From a virus, in IMG/VR virus record IMGVR_UViG_3300037391_000017, positions 1 to 64,000 of that record: DNA of 64,000 nt. One strand, given 5' to 3'. This document shows, one piece after another, positions 45,201 through 56,255 of this stretch (the stretch's first letter is position 1; each line of letters begins with the position of its first letter). The notes under the pieces were generated by a model. The model made no database searches and was not told the DNA's origin. It saw only the letters and a list, made by a program, of their open reading frames with translations. The position numbers were made by a program, and so were the translations under genes.

Positions 45201-46335
45201 CCGAGCGGTATTCGGCGGTCAGTTTGAGGGCGCTCCCAAGCCCCGCCCACGGTCGGGAATCCGCCGCCCCCTGCCCACGGGTAAGGAGTTGCTGGAACGA
45301 ATTCAAGACGGGCAATACAAGCCCGCACCTACGGAGTACCTTGCCGCCGTTCGACAGAAGGTGTCGGAGAACATCGAAGAGATTCTTGAACTGGGAGCCC
45401 GCATCCGCCCTTTGATGGCGGGGGACAAACAGATCGGGTGGGTCAGGGGCGTCCATGGCTCCGAGAGTAAGCAGCTTAAACGCTGGGTGAAGGACCCCAA
45501 CGACTTCATCCACAACATGCTTTTGCTTGGAACCTCTTTTTCCACCAGTGAGATAGACGCCATGTCGTCCACGGAAGTTTACGAGTTGGTTGAGATCGTC
45601 CGTAAGATGACAGATTACGACATCTCCCTTTTCCCATACGTATCGGCATTTTCCACCACTCAAATGTCGGAGAACTTGTGGTTCAGTAAGGGGGTGGGGC
45701 TTACCAACTACGAGAATCGGGCGGTTACCATGCCCGATGGGAAGGTCGTAAGGATTTCCACACCGCCCGATCACACGCGGATGTGGTCGAGCCTGTGCAC
45801 TTACCGCGAGCAGGCCAAGCGTCGGCTGGAGGAAAATTGGAATGCTTTGCTGATCGTTCGACCAACAGCGGGTAAGAGTGCCGACCCCGTTGCGACCGAC
45901 CTGAAGGCTATCGCCCGATCATTAGAGACGGGCAGCATGGAGCCGTGGTCTCGAATCATCAAGAATGACGAGAAGAAACTGGATGACGGCTGGGCGCACG
46001 GCGGGGGTTCGTCTATGGAAGAGTTGATGCGGGAAATGAACGCCATGATTAAGGGCGACAAACACGAAAAGGTCATGGATGCGTGGGGGGAGCAAATGGA
46101 GGCTGAAGAGAAAGAGCGATTCAAGAAAATGGATGAGGCTCGCAAGGCCCGCAATACTACGGGGCAGGCAGGTGTGGTGGACGAGCGAGTGGAGTTTTTC
46201 ACCGAAGCGGAGATGCGCGAACGTCAAGCCGCCCTCAAAGCGGGCAAAGTTCCACCCGTCAAGGAGCGCGTTAAAGAGCGGGATCGTCGGGAAACCTATG
46301 AAACTAATGTCTCTAAGCTCCGAAGATACCGATAA
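45181..46335 (+). CDS. Hypothetical protein in the tail module
   Basis: GAGGA SD before MAKEK. Confidence 0.65.
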   Translation: MAKEKINRAVFGGQFEGAPKPRPRSGIRRPLPTGKELLERIQDGQYKPAPTEYLAAVRQKVSENIEEILELGARIRPLMAGDKQIGWVRGVHGSESKQLKRWVKDPNDFIHNMLLLGTSFSTSEIDAMSSTEVYELVEIVRKMTDYDISLFPYVSAFSTTQMSENLWFSKGVGLTNYENRAVTMPDGKVVRISTPPDHTRMWSSLCTYREQAKRRLEENWNALLIVRPTAGKSADPVATDLKAIARSLETGSMEPWSRIIKNDEKKLDDGWAHGGGSSMEELMREMNAMIKGDKHEKVMDAWGEQMEAEEKERFKKMDEARKARNTTGQAGVVDERVEFFTEAEMRERQAALKAGKVPPVKERVKERDRRETYETNVSKLRRYR

Positions 46336-46385
46336 ACAACGATTTTCAAATTCTAACCTGTAGGTTGGATTATCAGGAGGATGTC

Positions 46386-46565
46386 ATGCCAGAAGAGAAA
46401 GAATACGATGGGTGGGGTCACACACTCGAAAGCAAAACGATCAAGGACGACTTGAAGGAGCTTGTGGGTTATCTTGCAGGCACCGACAAGCACGAGCAGG
46501 TGATGCAGAAGCTCGAAGAGCAAGTCCAAGAGCAAAACTCGACTAACCAGTCGAATAAACAGTAG
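46386..46565 (+). CDS. 59-aa mini-paralogue of a segment of the upstream protein
   Basis: AGGAGG SD; DGWxH...DKHExVM in both. Confidence 0.7.
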   Translation: MPEEKEYDGWGHTLESKTIKDDLKELVGYLAGTDKHEQVMQKLEEQVQEQNSTNQSNKQ

Positions 46566-46579
46566 CATAGGAGCGTTTT

Positions 46580-47266
46580 GTGGAAGAGCAAATTAAGCAA
46601 TCGCCAGCCGAAATTGTCATACAGGCGCAAGGCGAGATCGTCTCTCATTCGGAAGAAAGTTCCCTGTCTCTCGATGACATCGTTTCCGACCTAAAAGGGT
46701 TCGGGATCGAAGACCTCGAAGAGATCATTACAATCAAAATGAAGAGTGGCAAAACCGCCAAGCTTCGTGTTTCGAATATTCCGTCAAACGACGAAATGGC
46801 ATCGTTATTGGCCGTGGAGGGGCAAAAGGGCTACCTCTGGGTCAAAGCGGTGAAGATCGAAATCCTGTCGCGAGCAATCTCGTGGGTCAACGGAAGAAGT
46901 CTCCGCACACTAACACAAGAGCAGCGACTCGTAGTAGACCCGACCGCCGTGGACGAAGAAACTGGTAAGCCCATAACGGTGACGCGGGACATTCAAGTGG
47001 TTCTTCGAAACCTCCTTAAAGGGTGGGGCGAAGAGCTTGTCGAAATTCTCTGGAAGATTCTCATGACGCACTCACAGACGATTGAGGATCGATTGAAAGC
47101 GAGCTTGCCGGAATCTGCTCTTATGACCGAAGTCGAATCCCGTCTGTTTGAACAGGCGCGGGCTCAGATCGACGCGGCGACAGATCAGATCATTCAAGAG
47201 TCAGTGGCGAAGCTGTATGACCCAGAGCTTGACGGGCCGCTTCCCGCTGTTGAGGAGAAGAAGTAA
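46580..47266 (+). CDS. Probable tail assembly chaperone
   Basis: Acidic protein directly upstream of the tape measure gene. Confidence 0.5.
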   Translation: MEEQIKQSPAEIVIQAQGEIVSHSEESSLSLDDIVSDLKGFGIEDLEEIITIKMKSGKTAKLRVSNIPSNDEMASLLAVEGQKGYLWVKAVKIEILSRAISWVNGRSLRTLTQEQRLVVDPTAVDEETGKPITVTRDIQVVLRNLLKGWGEELVEILWKILMTHSQTIEDRLKASLPESALMTEVESRLFEQARAQIDAATDQIIQESVAKLYDPELDGPLPAVEEKK

Positions 47267-47270
47267 CTAA

Positions 47271-50200
47271 ATGGGCGGAATCGGTGGAGTACCTCCGGGC
47301 AGCGGCGGCACCCCTCCCCCCTCTAATCCGGGTGGAGGTGGTGGTGACCCCAACTTTGAGTTTTTTAAGGACGCCGCTGGTGCCGCCAAAATCTACGCCG
47401 ACTCTAACCTATTGGTCGCAAAAGCTCTAGAGGCGATGACGGGACAGGTAGAGACCGCCGATAAGAAGATCGCAAAATTCAGAGATAACCTACGCGGCAG
47501 CATCCTCATCGCCGACAACACCACCGAAGCTTTGAAACTCATGACCGACCAGACCAAGGGTCTGGCCCGTGCCTTCTTGGAGAAGAAGGGATTCGAGAAC
47601 GCCAAGAAAGCCTACGAGGGCATGATCCACAACTTAAGGGAGATGGTGAAAGACGGCAAGGCCAACGAAAGACAGATAGCGGCGATGAACGGTCAGATCG
47701 CCAAGTTGGTGCAAGCCGAACATAAACTCAACGCCGTAGGCAAGGATTTGTTCGAGGCATCCGAAGAAGGTTGGAAGGGGGTCGCAAAGGACATAAACGG
47801 GGTTGCCGTAAGCGTGGCTAAATTGAATACCGCTCTCAGTCAGGTAAAGATGGGAAAGATCGGTACGGCAGTCGCGGGCGTGCGGCAAGACCTCATCACG
47901 TCGGGGTTGATGAAGGCTGGCAAGATGGAAAAGTTCATGGACATTGGTATGGCGGGCACCAAGCTCAGAGAACTTGGGAGACAAAAGAAAGAAGCGAAAA
48001 CCGAGGATCGGGCGGGTATACGCGCACACGCTCAAGACACCCTGTTGGATTTGGAGAGGAAGGGCCACGTCAAGCTGAAGAAGACTGGTACAGGCGAAGT
48101 CGATTGGGCTGGCATGGCAGCGATGAAGAAGAAAGACTTAAAGGGAGTGGGGGGAGTCGGCGGTAATTTAGGAACAACGATGAATCTGTTAGCCGATGCG
48201 AATACCGCACCCAGAGCGGGGTTGATGTCGAAGCTTCAGGGCGGCGGGCTCGTGCAGGATGCGATAGGTAAGGGCGCAGAGTTGGCGGGTCAGTTTGCCC
48301 TCCCGTTGGCAATCGCCGAGACGATCAAGGATTTGATCGTGTCGCTTATCGATAAAAATGCCGCGATGAATAAGCAGGCCGAAGCTGGTGGTGGTGGGCT
48401 CGGAGCATTTCTAGGCCCGGGTTCTGGCTCGGGTGCGGACACCATGTTGGCAATTCGTAACAACCTCGCTGGGCTGAGACCCGGAGAGTTATTCAGTAAA
48501 TACGGCTTGGGGTACGACCGAAACATCAAGATGGCACAATCCATCCAGCAGTCGGGCTATCTGATGCCTGAAATCGGGGAAGGTGGAGCCGCAGGAGCCG
48601 CAAGAGATACTGATTTCGGCCCCGGAGCTTTTGGTGACGTTCAAAAGATTGCCGCTACGTCTGGACGTATGCTGGGTATGAGCGACGATCAGTCCATCCA
48701 AATGACCATGAAGCTGCTCATGCAGTACAGAGAGTCCATGGAGGGCACGCAAAGTTTTTTCACTAACTTGACGAAAGATTCTCGGGCCGCTGGGATATCC
48801 GCCACGAAGTACGTGTCGATCATTGATGAGATTCTCAGTGGCTTCGATATGATGAACAAAAGCTTGGATCAAGTGACGGGCACTATGCGTGTGCTGAGCC
48901 GCACGGGGAGAGGGACTAGCGAAGACTTACAAGCCATGATGCAGTCGCTCACTGGTGCAGGCCGCGCACCGCTGGATACGGCTAGTATGACGTTTGCGGC
49001 TATTCAAATGAAGAAGGGCGGCGGACAAGCGGGAACCGTCTTAGAGTCGGCTCAAGAAGAGAGTCTCACTACCGCAGCAAATCAGATAACGAAATCGCTA
49101 GGGAAAATCGGCATCAATTACGATGCGGGTTCCGTCAGAACCATGATGACCACCGCCGCTGGTCGTGACCAACTTCGTGCGGCTATCGACACCGCGAAAG
49201 GTGCGGGTGCAAGCGGTACGATGGTCACAAACGCTTATGCGACGGTAGACCAAGGACAGCAGAGAGCAATCGCCTTGGACGTAACCAAGAAATTCATGAA
49301 ACCGGGAGCGAGCCCTCTCGACTGGTCTACTGGAATCAGCGCCCTTAAAGACCCTCAAATCATGGAACAAGTCCGCGCCACGCTGGAAGATTTCATGATG
49401 CAAAAAGCGGGTTACACCCGAGAGGACATGATATCGGGGAGAGCCCTACCTCCGAAGTTGAAATTGATGTTAGAAGGAACGTTCCAAGGATTCCAAGAAA
49501 CTGATATCGCGAAGCGGGCGATGGCGGCACAAAATGCCGCATCAGGGCGTTTCGGTGCTGCGGCTGGAAGAGACCAATTCATTGCAACTGGCAAGCCAAC
49601 AGATGAGGTGGACAGAAAGAAATTCGAGGAAGCCCAAGAAGCGCAAGCGGAAAAGTTGGCCGATGAGCTTGGGAAGTTGATGCCCGACGATAAAGAGATG
49701 CAAGATCAACTCAAGGCTATGAGGGCTCTCAATCCTAAAGATCGAAACTGGGTCAGTCTCTTTAGGAAGATCGATAAAGACACAACCCAAAGCGGGTTCA
49801 AGGGGAAGATCATACACGCCCTTTCGAAGTCCGATGGCACGTGGAAAGAGATTCTAGACGGTCAGGATACGGCTTTGAGTTCCCAGCAAGAAGCAGCTAA
49901 GCAAGCCGAGATTGATGAGAAGGCTCAGTCCGTTGCGTCTGCCACACAGGACACGGCGGAAATATTTGCAAACGTGTTCTCCACCTACTTCAACAAGATC
50001 ATCGGCATCTTGGAACAAGTCAGGACGTGGATGGCTCACTCCAAATTCTTTGGCGGTCTATCCGAGGCCGATGAAAAGAAGGCGGCGGATTTGATAAAGA
50101 ACCAAGAACAGAACCTCAAGGACGCCAAGGCCGCTAACCTCATTCAGATCGATTGGTTGAAGTCACAGAAGAACGTAGAAACAGACCCGATAAAGAAGGC

Positions 50201-50714
50201 TCAGCTTCAGGCGAGAATAGACAGCGAGCAGAAAAAGCGGGATTACTCACTCAACAAGGGGGTGGGGGATTACGGCGTGAATTCAGGCCGCGATATTTAC
50301 CAAGCTCAAGCTGAGTTGGCTGATGCCGCTGGTGAGCTTGGGGCTCAGTATGGCCCGCTAACAGAGGCGATGGGAAAACTGAACAAGCAGGCGGATGCTG
50401 CGGGAGATTTTACGCTTTCACCCGAAGAGTACAAGCGGTATCAGGGAGTAATCGACGCCTACCCAGCCAGCATGTTAGATGTCAAAACACAGAAAGACGC
50501 TTCGGGCAACGTGACTAATATCACCATCCATGAGGTGCACAATTCCGTGGACATCCAGCATCAGAGCAACGCGGCGGATATTGCCAGTCGTGCTTCGTCC
50601 AACATCGCGGCGAATGCGACCAGCGGACAAACCCCGTACACAGGGTCATCGCCCGGTTCAAGAGAATCGATTAACGCAGCGAGGGCAGCGAGAGGAATGC
50701 CGCTCCTTAAGTAA
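47271..50714 (+). CDS. Tape measure protein
   Basis: 1147 aa, helical, Ala/Gly/Lys/Met-rich, lies between chaperones and baseplate genes. Confidence 0.7.
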   Translation: MGGIGGVPPGSGGTPPPSNPGGGGGDPNFEFFKDAAGAAKIYADSNLLVAKALEAMTGQVETADKKIAKFRDNLRGSILIADNTTEALKLMTDQTKGLARAFLEKKGFENAKKAYEGMIHNLREMVKDGKANERQIAAMNGQIAKLVQAEHKLNAVGKDLFEASEEGWKGVAKDINGVAVSVAKLNTALSQVKMGKIGTAVAGVRQDLITSGLMKAGKMEKFMDIGMAGTKLRELGRQKKEAKTEDRAGIRAHAQDTLLDLERKGHVKLKKTGTGEVDWAGMAAMKKKDLKGVGGVGGNLGTTMNLLADANTAPRAGLMSKLQGGGLVQDAIGKGAELAGQFALPLAIAETIKDLIVSLIDKNAAMNKQAEAGGGGLGAFLGPGSGSGADTMLAIRNNLAGLRPGELFSKYGLGYDRNIKMAQSIQQSGYLMPEIGEGGAAGAARDTDFGPGAFGDVQKIAATSGRMLGMSDDQSIQMTMKLLMQYRESMEGTQSFFTNLTKDSRAAGISATKYVSIIDEILSGFDMMNKSLDQVTGTMRVLSRTGRGTSEDLQAMMQSLTGAGRAPLDTASMTFAAIQMKKGGGQAGTVLESAQEESLTTAANQITKSLGKIGINYDAGSVRTMMTTAAGRDQLRAAIDTAKGAGASGTMVTNAYATVDQGQQRAIALDVTKKFMKPGASPLDWSTGISALKDPQIMEQVRATLEDFMMQKAGYTREDMISGRALPPKLKLMLEGTFQGFQETDIAKRAMAAQNAASGRFGAAAGRDQFIATGKPTDEVDRKKFEEAQEAQAEKLADELGKLMPDDKEMQDQLKAMRALNPKDRNWVSLFRKIDKDTTQSGFKGKIIHALSKSDGTWKEILDGQDTALSSQQEAAKQAEIDEKAQSVASATQDTAEIFANVFSTYFNKIIGILEQVRTWMAHSKFFGGLSEADEKKAADLIKNQEQNLKDAKAANLIQIDWLKSQKNVETDPIKKAQLQARIDSEQKKRDYSLNKGVGDYGVNSGRDIYQAQAELADAAGELGAQYGPLTEAMGKLNKQADAAGDFTLSPEEYKRYQGVIDAYPASMLDVKTQKDASGNVTNITIHEVHNSVDIQHQSNAADIASRASSNIAANATSGQTPYTGSSPGSRESINAARAARGMPLLK

Positions 50715-50719
50715 AACCT

Positions 50720-52255
50720 ATGCCTACACGTACCCCAATTTCGGTAAAGAGCCCCATCGTCACGTCGTTGGCTAATGCTATCGCGCTGGCGAATGGCTAC
50801 AACGTGGTGGGCTCCATCCCGAACAAGAACAACAATCCGGGCAATCTGAAAAATGGAGATGTAGGGAGTGGTGTGGACAGCATGGGGAATACCATTTACC
50901 CGATTCCCGAGATGGGCAATGGGGCGCTGCAAGCTCAGGCCGCTCACATCCTCAACGGGGACAACAGAACCTTTAGCTACGACCCCACTCAAACAACGCT
51001 GAGTGCAATAGGGGTGATCCTCGCGCCGAATGATGCGACTTGGATAAAGAATGTGGCGTCATCGCTGGGAGTTTACCCGTCTACCAAGCTATCGGCAATT
51101 GCCAACGGCTCTGCGCCCGTCACCCCCGCTCTCCAAATTCTGCCCATCAACAAGCTGACGCTGCAAGGAACGTTGCCGGGGCAGGTACAGCCATCAGATG
51201 CGGCATCGGCGGGCAATCAAGTGGGATTAGATTTCCCCGTCGTAGCCGCAGTGCCCGTCGCAGGAACACCCATCAGTGGTGCGGCCACATCCGCTGCGAC
51301 TGCCGCTACTTTGAACCTTCAAATCTCCGATGCCAGTATGAGCGCCATTCCGTGGTACAGCGATACTCACTTGATTACGGGAAATCAACGCATTCGCAAC
51401 AGTGCGGGCAACTTGGCAAACGGGACGCTCACGCTTCCAGTGTCGTTCCAAGCGTACTTGAGCAAGTCAAGTAACTCGCTGCTGATTAACCCAACCACGC
51501 AGAGGCCGATTACGGTGCAGTTGAATGCATCGATCAATCAGTTTAGTCTCTTGAGCAAGCACATTTTCACCCGTCAACCAACACGCACGGGAATGCTCAT
51601 CACGTTCTGGGGTATGGCCGCTGATGTCATTACAGGGTCGGGATCGACAGGCGTTTTCATGAACCAGTATGGAGTCACGGACTACTTCAGCACTGCCAAG
51701 ACCACCGATGACATCGCCACAAAAGTTGGCATGGCATTCAGCAACGATCCTGATGTGGAGCAGACCATAGCCACAAACCCAGAGGCGTACCGCGTGGCGG
51801 CTCAGGATGCTTTCGTGGAATTCCTGAAACTGTTCCAGATGAACGGCAACGTGTGGTATAGCTCATCGACGAACAACGATTCTACCCAATTGAATCAGAG
51901 TCAAGTCGCACCCGCTGTGTGGCAAGCAAACTCAGGTGCTACCAATTTCCAACAGAACTCCCGAAACAATGACGTGCGATCCAAAGGGTATGTCGTGATG
52001 ACCTACAGAAACAATAAGTATCTGGGGTACTTCAAGTCGCTTTCTTGGACGATGGATGCCGACAAACCGTTTCAATGGAACTTCAACTTCACGTTCCAAG
52101 TAGAGAAAACTCTGACCGCACTGTACGTTCCGATTCAGCCCGCTCCGACTCTTACGAATGTTCCGCTCAATACTCGTCAGACACCGCTGTTGACGCCTAA
52201 TGTATTGCCGCCGTCTACACAACCCGGGCCGTCAACAGGATCAACAGGAATATAA
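50720..52255 (+). CDS. Baseplate/tube-initiator-like protein with an N-terminal lysozyme-like domain
   Basis: NNNPGNL motif; C-terminal YLGYFKSLSWTMDADKPFQWNFNFTF. Confidence 0.6.
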   Translation: MPTRTPISVKSPIVTSLANAIALANGYNVVGSIPNKNNNPGNLKNGDVGSGVDSMGNTIYPIPEMGNGALQAQAAHILNGDNRTFSYDPTQTTLSAIGVILAPNDATWIKNVASSLGVYPSTKLSAIANGSAPVTPALQILPINKLTLQGTLPGQVQPSDAASAGNQVGLDFPVVAAVPVAGTPISGAATSAATAATLNLQISDASMSAIPWYSDTHLITGNQRIRNSAGNLANGTLTLPVSFQAYLSKSSNSLLINPTTQRPITVQLNASINQFSLLSKHIFTRQPTRTGMLITFWGMAADVITGSGSTGVFMNQYGVTDYFSTAKTTDDIATKVGMAFSNDPDVEQTIATNPEAYRVAAQDAFVEFLKLFQMNGNVWYSSSTNNDSTQLNQSQVAPAVWQANSGATNFQQNSRNNDVRSKGYVVMTYRNNKYLGYFKSLSWTMDADKPFQWNFNFTFQVEKTLTALYVPIQPAPTLTNVPLNTRQTPLLTPNVLPPSTQPGPSTGSTGI

Positions 52256-52256
52256 A

Positions 52257-53360
52257 ATGGCAAATTCAAACGACATTAGCGACGTAAAGGCTCCATCGGC
52301 AATAGGGTCGCCGAAGACACTGCCCATTCGCGGAGAGAAGCGCATTCTCCCAATCACCGTCAATCCCGACTCACTGAGCAATACTTTCGAGCAGGAATGG
52401 TCGAAGTCGGGGTTGAAGTCGCCGCAGGACAAGGGTTACGCGCCCACGGGTCGAACTCAGCTTGTGCAGTACGACGATTTCTACGTTGCCGCCGCGATGA
52501 AGCCTTACGTGGACTACGTGACTGTTCGTATCTTGAATCGTGGACAAGATGCCAACGGAAATCCTGATCCGACTACAAGTGCATCGTATCGGTTTCTCAT
52601 CAACCCTAGTCAGGTTCAGGTTAGCCGTTCGACGCTTGACGCACAAGCCTTCGCTCGCTCCGGTTGGCAGTTCGGCGTTTGGGGTGAGGATTCGGTTTCG
52701 ATCACGCTCGATGGGAAGACCGCAGGTCAATACTGGGCATTTGGGATCACCGATAAATACCAGCCGTTCAGTGAGTCCTACCGCAATCTGGAACAGCTTC
52801 AGGTCGTTTTCGAGAATAACGGGTATTGGTTTGAGGGGGAGCAGGCGGCGGGAGAAGGCCCACTCGCTACCGATTTCGCTCGCCGACGTATCAAAATGCA
52901 CCAAGATGTGGAACTTACGGTCGGGAATTTTATCTGGTACGGTATGTTTGAACAATTGGAAATTTCGCAAAACGCGGATGAGCCGTTTCTCATGAGCTTC
53001 AACTTGCAGTTCATTGCATGGAAAGAGCGGTTCCGTTCTAGCTCGCCGTATGGAAACCAGATTTTGAACAGCACCCAGCGGGGGAATGCATACGGCGCAT
53101 ATTCGGCTACGCAGACCACTCCATCCAACGTGTCCCCCACGACGGCCATCCCACCTCAACTCTCCGATGCAGTGGGCTTAGCCCCGCCAGCAAACCCCAA
53201 CGTGAATTCAAGCACGCCATCGGTGACGACGGCTAATAGTGCGCCGAGCTTGCCAACCGCACAAGCACCCGCTTACGACTACACCCCCATGACGGTGCCC
53301 GGTACGACGGGGAGTCCGTTGGCTCCCGGTGTTTCGCTTCTGACGGGGGTTCCAGTCTAA
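52257..53360 (+). CDS. Baseplate/tube-initiator-like protein
   Basis: FLINPSQ, WGED, GMFEQLEISQNADEPF; paralogous to the C-domain of the previous gene. Confidence 0.6.
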   Translation: MANSNDISDVKAPSAIGSPKTLPIRGEKRILPITVNPDSLSNTFEQEWSKSGLKSPQDKGYAPTGRTQLVQYDDFYVAAAMKPYVDYVTVRILNRGQDANGNPDPTTSASYRFLINPSQVQVSRSTLDAQAFARSGWQFGVWGEDSVSITLDGKTAGQYWAFGITDKYQPFSESYRNLEQLQVVFENNGYWFEGEQAAGEGPLATDFARRRIKMHQDVELTVGNFIWYGMFEQLEISQNADEPFLMSFNLQFIAWKERFRSSSPYGNQILNSTQRGNAYGAYSATQTTPSNVSPTTAIPPQLSDAVGLAPPANPNVNSSTPSVTTANSAPSLPTAQAPAYDYTPMTVPGTTGSPLAPGVSLLTGVPV

Positions 53361-56252
53361 ATGGCTACTCCTCTCACTCCAGCGCAGATAGCGGCAATCG
53401 TCAATACACCAGTGGAGACGACGACATCAACTCTCCCCGATGCAATTCCCGGCGGCGGAAGCGCGACCGCTGCTGCTTCTCAACCAGCAACTTCGATTCG
53501 CAACATCTCGCAGACGGCTCAAGAGCGGGAGATCATCAAGACCGCCCCTGACCTAATCGTGTATCTGGATGGGCTACCGTACATTGTGAATTACTTCATC
53601 AGTGACGCGGACACGAAGAACCCCTTCACTGTTGTAGGCATCAACGATTACGTTACGTCCTTCAACGCTGGTTACGACACAGAGAACTTGATTCCTTCCG
53701 CATCGATCCAGTTGCAGGTGCCGAACTACGTCAAACACTTGTTCCAGATGCCCGGTGGGAACAACCTCATCGCAACGATGATGCAAGTGCAGGTGTTTGC
53801 GAAGGGCTACTACTTTGGAAATGACGGCTCCACGCTGATGCGGCGGGTTTTCAAGGGAGTTGTAAGCCACATCTCTTACGCTGACGATGGGAAGATGCTT
53901 CAAATCCAATTGCAGTGTAACGGCATACTTCACTTGCTGGAAATGATGCAGTTGGAGTTAGCCCCCGGCGTGGTCTCGAACGCCCCTTTCGAGTCCGTGC
54001 CGTACAATACGAACTTGGCATCGTGCAATCCTTATTTCATGCTTCAGCAGATGTTCCTCCGCAGCATCACGACAGAAGGTTTCTACGTCAACAGTTTGGA
54101 GGGCGGCGGTATCGTATCCGATCCAGACAACACGAACAACCAGTATTATGACGCGGTGAAGAATGGATACGTGGCTAAGTGGCAGAACATTCTTAACGGC
54201 ATCAAAAATGACGTGCACTTCTATGGGCCGATATACAAAGACGGGGATGCAGGCAGAGCCCTCGGCACAACCTCGCCCGTCAAAGGTACGGAGGATTTGA
54301 GTTCTAAGGCGGACATCAACAATATTGTCCCCGCAAATAACGAAGCGGCACAGGTCGGTGATTTTGCATCCGTAACAAAGGATGGTGAAACGTTCCCGTC
54401 CATCCGACAGTACCTTCCCGACATGTCGGTGTCGTCGATCCAGTTGCTAAACGGCAAGATCGTAAACCGCATGGATCAGCTTCGTCAGATTATCCGCATG
54501 ATCCTGTATGAAGGGTATCAGGATGTCGATGGCAAGATCATTTTCAAACCACCGTTGTACAATTTGGACGTGACGATGATTGGGACGGAGACAGACACCA
54601 CATCTGGTCAAAATAGCACCACTGCGGGTACGACGCCCCCAACATCCGGTACGAGCACCGTCAATCCGTCCAACTCCGTAACCGAAATCAATTCCACGAA
54701 TAATCCGTTCATCATCTATCTCTCGGAGATCATCAGCGAACAGGAGACCGAAGACGAAGCCGCTATCCGAACCACTCGTATGACGGTGCGTGGTAACTGG
54801 TGCACCTCGTTTCAAGTTAACGGCGCGGTTTACCTGCTCGACACCGTGGACTACATCGACATTCCCAAGATGCAGAAGTTTGGTCTTCGCGAAGTCCCCA
54901 CCGTTCCCGTTGGGTGGTTCAGCGACGGTGATAAATACGGTCTATGGGCTTTCGCGGCATCGGAGACGGTTCGCAGCAACCGAGGCTACCGCATGTATAG
55001 TTGCACCATCCCGATGCGCCCCGAACTCAAGTTGGGGTTCCCCGTATTCCTACCGCACAAGGACATATACGGCTACATCAAATCGATTCAGCTTCAATAC
55101 AATCAGGGCGGACAGGCGACTATGTTCTTGACCCTCGATGCGATTCGCCGCCGCTTCCTGCTCCCAACCAATAGTACGGATTCTAACGGCAACCCAAAGC
55201 AGGTGTTCGTAAGCCAACCAGATTTGGTTTTACAGTGGACGACAGCGCCCAATCAACCATCCACGCCCACCTCACCAGCCACGCCCACCACGCCCACTAC
55301 CACCTCGGCTACGACGACGAATCAAACCACGCTGAGCCCATCGTCTGCGAATAGCGGCCCCGTACAGCAAAGCACAGATACGCCAGCAACCCTCGTAGGC
55401 CAGTCCGCCACGTTGCCGACAACCACGGATCAAGCCTTAACCCCCGAACAACTGGCAATAATCAATAATGCTCAGGTTACTATCTCAAATCGGTGGACAA
55501 CCGAGTCAGATAACCCCGGAGCCAGTTGGCGCTATCAGTTGGACACCTACGGAAAATACATCATGCCGCCAGCAGGTGCGGCTCCAGACGCACAGGGGAC
55601 GTATGGTGCCGCTGGTGGTGGGGGTGTTTTCAAGGGCGGCTACAACCCGATCACGGGGGTGTTCGCATCGCCGCGCCATGTGGACTCGGGATACTATCAC
55701 GACATTCGCCGCACGATGCCGTTCACGGATTACAAAGGGTACGAGGTGATCTCGCCGTTCCCATGGGGTCGGTACATCTCTTTGCGTCAGGCGTTCAAAG
55801 AATTTACGCAAGAGGGATACATTGTCCCCACGCCTAATCCAACGCCAGATTCTTACACCCCGCCCGATCAGGTGCAGGCACTTCTCGCGGCTGGGTTGGT
55901 TACCCCCACAGGTGCGGGCGCAAATGGAGTAACGGCCCTGCAAACGCAAATGAATACCCAAAGCCAAGTGGCTCCCGACTACACAATTATTGTCCTTAAG
56001 TATACGGGGATGAACACCGTGTCCGATTCTCAGTTGATGACCACCGCCCAGCCCGACGTAAATTCGGCGATTCAGCAACTTCAGAATACGGTTACCACTC
56101 AACAGCAGGCAATTGACGTATTAGTAAGTGGGAGCATTTCGCCGACGAAAGCCACGACAGAGGCACTGGCGATTACGCAGACACAGACTACCCCGGGGTC
56201 AACCGCCGCCACAGCAAGCCCACAAAAGGGATTGCCTCAGTTCGGAAACTAA
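53361..56252 (+). CDS. Baseplate hub-like protein
   Basis: VFKGVVSHI, YQDVDGKIIFKPP, KFGLR, RPELKLGFPV. Confidence 0.65.
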   Translation: MATPLTPAQIAAIVNTPVETTTSTLPDAIPGGGSATAAASQPATSIRNISQTAQEREIIKTAPDLIVYLDGLPYIVNYFISDADTKNPFTVVGINDYVTSFNAGYDTENLIPSASIQLQVPNYVKHLFQMPGGNNLIATMMQVQVFAKGYYFGNDGSTLMRRVFKGVVSHISYADDGKMLQIQLQCNGILHLLEMMQLELAPGVVSNAPFESVPYNTNLASCNPYFMLQQMFLRSITTEGFYVNSLEGGGIVSDPDNTNNQYYDAVKNGYVAKWQNILNGIKNDVHFYGPIYKDGDAGRALGTTSPVKGTEDLSSKADINNIVPANNEAAQVGDFASVTKDGETFPSIRQYLPDMSVSSIQLLNGKIVNRMDQLRQIIRMILYEGYQDVDGKIIFKPPLYNLDVTMIGTETDTTSGQNSTTAGTTPPTSGTSTVNPSNSVTEINSTNNPFIIYLSEIISEQETEDEAAIRTTRMTVRGNWCTSFQVNGAVYLLDTVDYIDIPKMQKFGLREVPTVPVGWFSDGDKYGLWAFAASETVRSNRGYRMYSCTIPMRPELKLGFPVFLPHKDIYGYIKSIQLQYNQGGQATMFLTLDAIRRRFLLPTNSTDSNGNPKQVFVSQPDLVLQWTTAPNQPSTPTSPATPTTPTTTSATTTNQTTLSPSSANSGPVQQSTDTPATLVGQSATLPTTTDQALTPEQLAIINNAQVTISNRWTTESDNPGASWRYQLDTYGKYIMPPAGAAPDAQGTYGAAGGGGVFKGGYNPITGVFASPRHVDSGYYHDIRRTMPFTDYKGYEVISPFPWGRYISLRQAFKEFTQEGYIVPTPNPTPDSYTPPDQVQALLAAGLVTPTGAGANGVTALQTQMNTQSQVAPDYTIIVLKYTGMNTVSDSQLMTTAQPDVNSAIQQLQNTVTTQQQAIDVLVSGSISPTKATTEALAITQTQTTPGSTAATASPQKGLPQFGN

Positions 56253-56255
56253 GCT

